Shown here in pieces: positions 56,683 to 64,000 of a DNA stretch of 64,000 bases. The notes below the pieces were generated by a model. It searched no databases. It had not been told where the DNA came from and was given only the letters and a program-made list of their open reading frames with translations. Made by a program: the position numbers and the translations under genes. The stretch lies in NCBI GenBank assembly GCA_000004985.1, contig GG738848.1, one strand, 5' to 3'. The stretch comes from Naegleria gruberi. Taxonomy: Eukaryota. How positions within the stretch are numbered: position 1 is the first letter of the stretch; the number at the start of each line of letters is the position of its first letter.

Positions 56683-59090
56683 ATGAGAACTTTGGACCAT
56701 CACAATCTTTGTAAACAAACATTTTCACTTAAACCCTGGAAAAAAATGCCTCCAAAGACCTCCTCAAAAACAACCTCTTCTGATGATGTTGATGAAAGCA
56801 GTGATGTAACCACAAAAAAGACGGTAACAAAATCGACCACCACCAAAACAACAAGTACTTTTGTTAATAAGCCTTTCAAGGTACCTCTAAAATCACCACC
56901 AAAGACTGCAACTTCATCTTCAGCAACAACAATATCTGCTGCTTCATCTTCTTCATCTTCTACAAAGAGTGCTGCTAAAAGTAGTGTTACTGCAAAGGCT
57001 AAACCACTCTTTGAACAGTCCCAAATTTTAGCTCCGAGCGATCCATCTTTGGATGATTCTTTTACTTTTGATTCTCCATTGAAAAACAAGAAGAAGAATG
57101 TGGAAAAGGAAGATGATGAGGATAGTGATAATGATGTAAATGAAAAAAAGAGAAAATTGGAAAGCATTTCAAAAGCAAAGAAGGAAAGTGAAAAAGTAAA
57201 ACCCACTAAAAAATTGAAAGAATCATTGAGTACAGTTTCCGATGAAAAGAAACCCTTCTCTCACAAGGAAATTAAACCAAAATCATCAAACAAGACTTTT
57301 ATTATTGGTGTAAGTGGTGGAGACTTTGCTCAAAAATCAGAAGTTGTGAATATCATTGAAAAGGTAGGTTTGAGAATATATAACTCGTATAACGATCCTT
57401 TTCCTTCATTGAATTAGTTATCAAAAAATACAGAATACGAATATGTGGAAATTGGTAGTTCAAACTTTGAAAGTTATACTCATCTGGTTTGTCTTGATCC
57501 TAACCCAAAGAAAACCATCAAGTTAATTTATTCTATTGCTTTGAATGTTCCAATAATCAAATCATCTTGGTTATATGAGAGTGAAAAATGTAATTATTTT
57601 GTAAAGGAAAGTGATTTTTATTTCGCTCAATATATCAGATCAAGAAGTGAGGGAATTTTGAAAGGAAAAAGATGTTATATTTTAAGAGGAGAAGTGACAT
57701 TTCCATCACCAGAAATATGTGAAAGATTTATTGAACTAAGTGGAGGAGCTTGTGTGGAAGATATTACTCGAGCAAATATTATACTTTCAACAACAGGAGC
57801 AAAAGATTTTGATAATATCATTCCAAGACACACTTCCAGTATGCCCCTATTCCCAGTGGTAACTGTTCGTTGGTTAGTTGACTGTGTTGATAAACAACAA
57901 TATCAAGATCCAAATGAGTATAAGGTATGTGTTTTTAATAATATTTACATTGTGGATTTACAATTCGAAAGGATGATTACTTTTACAGTGAAGCTTGTGT
58001 TTTGAAAGAAAGAGTGCTTGCTGAAAAATCAGCTCGAAAGCATATTGGATGTTTGAGATTATTGACTGATATTACTTGTTCAGCTAATATTATCCCATTA
58101 TATGCAGACAAAAAAAGTATTGTACTGGGAAGAGCAGCTACAGATGTGGATTTCACTGTAGATACTGAAAACTCAAAGAAGAATCCTGTTATTTCTAGAA
58201 TGCACGCTAAAATTGTACAGTTCCAGCAAGAAAGTAACAGCCAAAGTAAGGAAACCATACTCAAGTGGAAGCTCATTGATTCTTCCTCGAATGGTACCTT
58301 TGTAAATAATGTTAAGGTTAAGGAAGCCGTTTTAGCTAATGGAGATATTATTTGTTTCGGTCATTCCAAGGCCTCAGTTAAAGTAGGAGAACAAATTCCA
58401 TTCGCAAATACCAAATGTAAATATGTGTTTGAGACTGAGGATATTGTTTCAAATGAAGAAGCCGAGAAGGAAAAGGAGAGATTAAGAAAAGAGAATGAAC
58501 TAATGAGATTGGAAATTAATGGTCTAAGAGATTACAAACAAAAATCAAGTATGGTAAACCATCAAAAAGAGAAGGAAATTATACGTCTGCAAGAATTACT
58601 TTCCAAAAATCAGAGAAAAGAAATTGTCGAATTTCCACTCTGTCACAAGCTTTATGTATTGGATACAAACGTTCTCGTTGAAAATATTTCAATCCTTGAG
58701 AATCTGTTAAAATCAGCCAATATTACATGCCTTATCCCATATACAGTTATGGTTGAGTTGGATAAATTAAAGACGAGAACAGGTTCAGTTGCCATTAAGG
58801 CAAGAGAAGCAACCAGATTCTTGGAGGAATGTTTCGAAAACAAGACTTATCCAAATTTGATGGGTCAACTTCCAAACCAACAACTGAAAGGTATTGAAGA
58901 TGGAGGTGTTTTTGTTTCATCTGCTGATGATAACATTATCAATTGTTGCCTCTATTTCAAAGATCACGTACTCAAACGAAAGGAAAAGAATCATGAATTA
59001 ATTCTTTTAACATTTGATAAGAATATGAGAGTTAAAGCAGGTCTCTTAAAGATTGTTTCTCCTTCAATTCTTCCATTCAACAATAATTGA
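56683..59090 (+). CDS. BRCT-BRCT-FHA-PIN multidomain protein, 3 exons
   Basis: Exons are 56683..57363 (there is an alternative ATG at 56746), 57418..57924 (or ..57917) and 57989..59090. Intron 1 is 57364..57417, GTAGGT...AATTAG, phase 0. The donor of intron 2 is ambiguous between GTATGT at 57925 and GTATAA at 57918; only the latter keeps frame with the acceptor at 57988. BRCT1 is FIIGVSGGDFAQ...THLVCLDPNPKKTIK...SSWL. BRCT2 is RCYILRGEV...ANIILSTTGAKDF...VRWLVDCV. The FHA domain is IVLGRAATDVDFTVD...ISRMHAKIVQ...LIDSSSNGTFVNNVKV...GDIICFG. The C-terminal PIN-like domain is LYVLDTNVLVEN...CLIPYTVMVELDKLK. Confidence 0.6.
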
Positions 59091-59183
59091 AGCTTGTTCA
59101 TGTATAATGGAATTGATTCTCCTCCAACATTTCGATAGAGAAGATTAAATAAAATCATAATTGATTGCAATATTACAAAAAAA

Positions 59184-60593
59184 ATGAGTGACAATGCTAG
59201 TAGTAATACTTCCACATCATCATCAGGTGCAGGAACAACAAATAATTCTTCAGTAGAAGAAGAAGAAGGTGGATCATCCCTCATCAAGAAACTTTTAGGT
59301 TTTATTTTTCTCTTTTATTTATCCTTCGGAATTATTAATCCTGTCAATATTGAACTCTTTGAAAAGATTAATTCTGTTGGAAGTGTTGATGGAAAACATT
59401 CCAAGCATACAGCTTCATTATTTGGTGCATTGTTTGCACTTCCTGGATTAATATTCTTCTTTGTGAGTCCGGTGATTGGAAATTTATCTGATCGATTGGG
59501 AAGAAAATTGTTCCTTACCTTGTTTACTTTTTGTTATACTTTAACATTTGGAATTTACTATTTATTGTGTCATGTTGTGACAAGTCCAGACGAAGAATTG
59601 AATGAAATTTTCATCTATGTCAAGTATAATGGATTGAAATTTTACATTGTTGCTAAAATTATTCAAGGATGCAGTTTGGATATTATTCCATTATGTAATT
59701 CCTATATTGCTGATAATTCTAAAAAGGAGGATTTTGCAACATACTTTTCATATATCTTGGCAGCTATGGGTTTGGCCACAGCCATTGGACCAATGGTGAG
59801 TGGATTTGTGGTGAAGAATTTTGGAATGACACAAGTATTTCAATTGATTTTTATCACTTCTAGTATTACAACATTGTTTGCTGCAAAGTTTGTTAAGGAG
59901 AATGCAAAGAATGACGCTATTCAACACCAAGAATCTTCACTCATCGAGAAGGTTACTACGCCATTCAAGTCTCTGTACAATATTCTTACTCAAGGAGATT
60001 CTGTTTTGATTTCATTGATAATTTCTAAATTGTTAAGCTCGTTTATTTCAGTTGGATTCTTTTGTATTGTTACACAATTTACAAGAATCAAATATTCATT
60101 TGGACCTACTGAAAATGGCTACGTCTTGACACTTATTGGAATAACTGCCATTCTTTCAAATTCCGTTCTATCCAAATTGATAATGTACCTCTCAAAAGGA
60201 AAGGAAACTAATGGATTGATTATATCAGGTGTAGCCAATGCCTTATTCTTCCTTTCTTTTGTGGTGTGTGGAAATGGCGCCTACGTATACTATGGAACTG
60301 TTTTCTTCCTGTTCGGTGCTAAAGAGGATCCACTCAGGTCTGCTCTCATTTCCAAGGTATTCAATGATCCAAATCAACAAGGAGTATTGAATGGATGTTT
60401 AGGATCTATTTCCACAGTTGGAAGAGTAATATCCCCAATCATCTTTTCATCATTGTTAGATATTTTCACAACGAGTGAAACCATGCCTCGTATTGTGGAT
60501 GCTCCATTCATTGCCTTGACAATTACACAAGTTATTTGTGTATTGTTTGTAGTGAGAGCAAAACACTTGATTGAAAAGAATAAGGGAGAATAA
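59184..60593 (+). CDS. major facilitator superfamily (MFS) transporter, 469 aa
   Basis: There are 12 predicted hydrophobic segments. The MFS signature GNLSDRLGRKLFL lies between TM2 and TM3. Confidence 0.75.
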   Translation: MSDNASSNTSTSSSGAGTTNNSSVEEEEGGSSLIKKLLGFIFLFYLSFGIINPVNIELFEKINSVGSVDGKHSKHTASLFGALFALPGLIFFFVSPVIGNLSDRLGRKLFLTLFTFCYTLTFGIYYLLCHVVTSPDEELNEIFIYVKYNGLKFYIVAKIIQGCSLDIIPLCNSYIADNSKKEDFATYFSYILAAMGLATAIGPMVSGFVVKNFGMTQVFQLIFITSSITTLFAAKFVKENAKNDAIQHQESSLIEKVTTPFKSLYNILTQGDSVLISLIISKLLSSFISVGFFCIVTQFTRIKYSFGPTENGYVLTLIGITAILSNSVLSKLIMYLSKGKETNGLIISGVANALFFLSFVVCGNGAYVYYGTVFFLFGAKEDPLRSALISKVFNDPNQQGVLNGCLGSISTVGRVISPIIFSSLLDIFTTSETMPRIVDAPFIALTITQVICVLFVVRAKHLIEKNKGE

Positions 60594-61027
60594 TTTTTCC
60601 CTTCTTTGCCTCTTCGTTACAGCAACAACCTTTGGTTTTTGTCGTATATTCTTTACCTTAACTGTTGGAAATTACCATAAAAAACCCTGAAATGCTGTTT
60701 CTTCTCTTCTTTCAGTGTTTACTTGATCAATCAATGAACATGTATTGTAAGTTTCCAGAAGGTTGATTATCGTGGTTGATTGTGTGAAAAACTAAAGCTT
60801 CCATCCCCTTAATATAGATGCCCTCAGGTGCGACTGGATCCATATTGAGGTAAACCCAATATACGCACACGTAAACAACCAATAGAAGAGCCTACATTAT
60901 AATATTGAATAAACCGGGTGCGCACCTTAAAGAACAATGACACGGAGCTGATCCGTGTTAGGGAGTTGCTACAGAAACAGAGAAAACAACAAGTGTTGAG
61001 TTATATTGTTAATTCCTTAAAGAAAAA

Positions 61028-61909
61028 ATGGGTATTGTTGGATCAAGGTGCGGAAAGCATTACAAGATTCAGGCGAAAATATCGAGTGAAGTTGTGGAGA
61101 ATGGTCAAACGGTTCTATTCAATGTTTGCAATCGCACTGAACAACAACAACAAGAGGAAACACCAAATGGTGATGATCAATCTGTTACTCGCCATGCCAG
61201 CTCACAAGAATTTTCAGCAAATAGTAACAGCCAAAAACAACTGCTAAGAGGTTCATCATCAAGTTTATCATCAACCTCATCATCAGAATTATTAACATCG
61301 AACGGAACTGCAGAGAGCAGTGGAAATTTAAAATCAATTCTAGGTTCTAATAAGAGCTCACCCACTGCAAGACCATTACGTTCAGTTACCTTAATATTAG
61401 ATACAAAGGAAAAGGAAGAAATATTTGCATCATCAACAATAAGCAAACGTAAAAAAGGAAGAAGAAAAACTGATAAAGACAATGATCCAATAGAGGAAGA
61501 CTGCATAGATATTAGGGTTCTCTCAAGAAGAGCTTCTCTGCCCTCAATGGTGAGTTTTGAAGGTTCTCTCTCCACCACACCAGATAGAAAAGTAACAGGA
61601 AACTTCTTCTACAGTGTATTGGAGGCACCTTACTCACCAGCAGATAGTACCAAAACAGCTCCAACCCTATCAACTGTTTGTTTAGAATCTCCATCTATTA
61701 GAATCATTCCTCCATATGAAGATTTATTGGAATGTGATGTTTACCCATTGCCAAAGAAACATGCACTCAAAGATGAAAAAGCTAGAAAGTTGCAAGAAAA
61801 GAGATTAAATCCAGTCAAAACTTGGTCAAAGGATGAATTGAGAAAGTTAGCAAAGAAGACAAAGCGTGCTACTAATCCAATTGCAGAAGATTTAATGATT
61901 TACAAGTAG
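61028..61909 (+). CDS. hypothetical Ser-rich protein with N-terminal MGxxxS myristoylation-type start, 293 aa
   Basis: It is a single ORF with no recognisable domain. It partly overlaps an alternative 109-codon ORF (60918..61247) in another frame, which I consider less likely to be real. Confidence 0.35.
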   Translation: MGIVGSRCGKHYKIQAKISSEVVENGQTVLFNVCNRTEQQQQEETPNGDDQSVTRHASSQEFSANSNSQKQLLRGSSSSLSSTSSSELLTSNGTAESSGNLKSILGSNKSSPTARPLRSVTLILDTKEKEEIFASSTISKRKKGRRKTDKDNDPIEEDCIDIRVLSRRASLPSMVSFEGSLSTTPDRKVTGNFFYSVLEAPYSPADSTKTAPTLSTVCLESPSIRIIPPYEDLLECDVYPLPKKHALKDEKARKLQEKRLNPVKTWSKDELRKLAKKTKRATNPIAEDLMIYK

Positions 61910-61913
61910 AAGA

Positions 61914-63377
61914 TCATGATCTCTTTCTTTGTTTGTTTGGAGGAGAAGGTGTACCTGCCACTTCTTCATCACTTGCATTTGAAAGAACATGTCGTTGGGC
62001 AATCATTCCTTCACTGTCATCTTGAACACCATATTCATTGCTTCCACCATTACTTGAATTTGAACTGAAAGATTGGACAACACCCAATTGAATATATCTT
62101 TCATTTTCACCATTAATACCAAATGAAGCACATGGCATATCTTCATTAAGGAATTGATTATGAAGAGATTTTCCTGATGGATTAGATATAATCTCTGGTG
62201 TGACAAATCTATCTTGATTATCTATATATATGGATGATTCATCAAGGTGACTTCTCTTTCTCTTATTAATAGGGGTAGAGAATTGATCACCAGAAGAGAA
62301 ATTATCATCAACCATTTGATTGTCATTAACTTGTTGCTGTTGTTGACTAGCTCTTCTGGATGAAACTTGTTGGTTTGTAGTAATAGTTGAAGTTTCTGCA
62401 GTAGCCATTGTTTCATCATCTGAATCAATAGTTGCCATTAAAAATACAATTTCTACATCCTTTGCTTGTGATTCTGATCTTATTACAATTGGATCTCCTC
62501 TATTTCTTGTCATTGAAAAATGAATATTATATTCAGATAATTCACAAAATCCTATTAATGCCTTTAAATCTTTAAAACTAAAGGTCATTTCACTTTCTGC
62601 TTGAATTGTTTGTTCTGAACCTGGTACTGTTCCTGCAGGTGGGGTTGGTCTATTACTTGCATCATTTTGAACAAATGCCTGTTGAGCTACATTGAATGAT
62701 TCCAAATTTACAGTATCAATAGCAAGTGATGTTTGATTTCCATTTTGTTTTTCTCCCTTTTCAGCATATGATTTCATTTGAATATAGTATTGTGTAAATC
62801 TTCCATCAGTTTGTGATAAATTTGGTTGATTTTGTTGTGATGTAGTAATAACAACTCTCTTTCCCAAAAGAAAGGTAATATCACCAGCCAATTTACCAAA
62901 TGGTGATAATAAATTAGATAAATATGAAGAATTGACTTCAAATTCAAAATCTCTAGAGAGATCATGTTCTGGATTGACCACATCACATGGTGAACAATTA
63001 ATTTGATAAATCTTTTGTACTTGAGAAAGTCCAAACGAATCAAATATAACTTGACTATTATTCCTATCTAGTGTAATTTTCAATTGATCTAAATTAGCAG
63101 CATTCTTAAATACGTGAACAACATTCTTCAGAGTTAGCCTAACAATTTTCGGAGCAGTTTGTAAAAAGGAATATCTATCAAAAAACGAATGTAAAAATGT
63201 GAACCTAGCAAATGTTGATTTTGAAGCATTGACAGTAACAAAAGAAACCCTATCAGGTTTCATATCAAATATTACTTCCTCTCCGACTTTGGCCAAACAA
63301 TTTATCATGTTGGCAAATGTTTTAATATGTTGTCTATTCTTTAATCCAGCATCCATTTTTATGTACAGCCTATACAA
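61914..63377 (-). CDS. RAD9: Rad9 checkpoint clamp (9-1-1) subunit homolog, 487 aa
   Basis: The N-terminal PCNA-like fold aligns with Rad9: MINCLAKVGEEVIFDMKPDRVSFVTVNASKSTFARFTFLHSFFDRY compared with LGKAVHSLSRIGDELYLEP...[24 protein letters not shown]. The second domain reads FSFKDLKALIGFCELSEYNIHFSMTRNRGDPIVI. A long S/Q-rich C-terminal tail is typical of Rad9. Confidence 0.7.
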   Translation of the reverse strand: MYRLYIKMDAGLKNRQHIKTFANMINCLAKVGEEVIFDMKPDRVSFVTVNASKSTFARFTFLHSFFDRYSFLQTAPKIVRLTLKNVVHVFKNAANLDQLKITLDRNNSQVIFDSFGLSQVQKIYQINCSPCDVVNPEHDLSRDFEFEVNSSYLSNLLSPFGKLAGDITFLLGKRVVITTSQQNQPNLSQTDGRFTQYYIQMKSYAEKGEKQNGNQTSLAIDTVNLESFNVAQQAFVQNDASNRPTPPAGTVPGSEQTIQAESEMTFSFKDLKALIGFCELSEYNIHFSMTRNRGDPIVIRSESQAKDVEIVFLMATIDSDDETMATAETSTITTNQQVSSRRASQQQQQVNDNQMVDDNFSSGDQFSTPINKRKRSHLDESSIYIDNQDRFVTPEIISNPSGKSLHNQFLNEDMPCASFGINGENERYIQLGVVQSFSSNSSNGGSNEYGVQDDSEGMIAQRHVLSNASDEEVAGTPSPPNKQRKRS

Positions 63378-63701
63378 TGATGATGTTCTATTGAAAGATC
63401 AACTTTAAAGTTGGTTATTGATTGTTGTATTTTTTTCAATTTTGTTTTTTATTAATAAACAGCAAGTTTTTGCATTCCACTCAATACAGGAAATTACAAC
63501 TTTCCACTAAAAACACGAAGAACAACTATCATGAGCGGGAAAAACTTAAAGGATGCATTCCTTATTCAAAACTTTAAGGAATTTGCTCACACCTCAACAA
63601 GTCACAACAATTTGAAGTGTCAAAACTCGAGCCGTTCAAGTAATCACTTTGAAAAGAACGTTTATAGAGATGAAAACACTTGAAAAAATCGTGCAGAAAA
63701 A

Positions 63702-64000
63702 ATGGCAGGAGCAGCAGCAGTTGGAGCCTCGTATTCGAAAAAGATTGCGTTTGTTTATATTTTCAATTTGATTGTAGGAGTGGGCGCTTTGGCTCTTCCG
63801 TATGCATTTCACAAGGCTGGTAGGTTTTTTAGAGGTGATTGAAAATTGGAATTTTATTGTGTTGTTTGATGATGGAAATGATGATAGGAATTATTTCGGG
63901 AGTGATGGTGCTTGCTTTGAATGCATTTATGGCTTTTATTTGTGTTACTTTTGTGATAGAGGTAATGTCCTCATCGAATTACATGTTGAAGAGAAATGAA
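63702..64000 (+). CDS. amino-acid transporter (AAAP/SLC36-38-like) 5' exons, partial
   Basis: Exons are 63702..63819 (MAGAAAVGASYSKKIAFVYIFNLIVGVGALALPYAFHKAG, then a GTAGGT donor) and 63888..63961 (GIISGVMVLALNAFMAFICVTFVIE, then a GTAATG donor). The model continues beyond the window. Confidence 0.45.

Noticed and set aside
60918-61247. A 109-codon ORF overlapping the 5' end of the 61028..61909 ORF
   Set aside because: It is shorter and highly basic/low-complexity. The longer overlapping frame has an MGxxxS start and continues for 293 codons. Only one can be real, and I kept the longer.
1-64000. CRISPR arrays, rRNA genes, prokaryotic operon features
   Set aside because: None are present. 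The window is eukaryotic nuclear DNA with spliceosomal introns, and the only RNA gene I recognise is the initiator tRNA.

Overview
This is an AT-rich, compact eukaryotic locus with poly-N/Q/S protein tracts and many very short GT-AG introns (39-216 nt, often GTAAGT donors). The gene content (several G-alpha genes, CAP, tenascin-type EGF/NHL proteins) is consistent with a dictyostelid-like amoebozoan genome. The organism assignment is inference. I can support about 33 protein-coding genes, most of them multi-exon models I built by hand from the ORF track plus splice signals. There is also one initiator tRNA-Met gene, one clear aldo-keto-reductase pseudogene fragment, and one long receptor-kinase-like gene with multiple frameshifts. 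Recognisable products include CAP (adenylyl cyclase-associated protein), XPF/ERCC4, a canonical G-alpha, Mss4/RABIF, a cathepsin B-like protease, beta-hexosaminidase, ribophorin II, presequence protease PreP, Rad9, an MFS transporter, an F-box/LRR protein, a mitochondrial-carrier-like protein and a Zn2Cys6 transcription factor. The most striking region is 35.6-42.4 kb. It holds contiguous, partly head-to-head genes for a compact E1 activating enzyme, two catalytic-Cys-less E2 variants (UEVs), a minimal RBR E3 ligase, a small ubiquitin-like protein with an internal Gly-Gly followed by a 12-aa tail, and a USP-family deubiquitinase. All of these genes share a repeated AAACGTGA(T) motif in their short upstream regions. 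I read this as a candidate co-regulated, lineage-specific ubiquitin-like conjugation module. Other points worth a second look are two degenerate GTPases (a G-alpha-like protein with Q-to-A in switch II, and a Ran-like pseudoGTPase sitting head-to-head with an RCC1-like repeat gene) and a BRCT-BRCT-FHA-PIN domain protein. All coordinates come from manual reading, so exon boundaries may be off by a few nucleotides.
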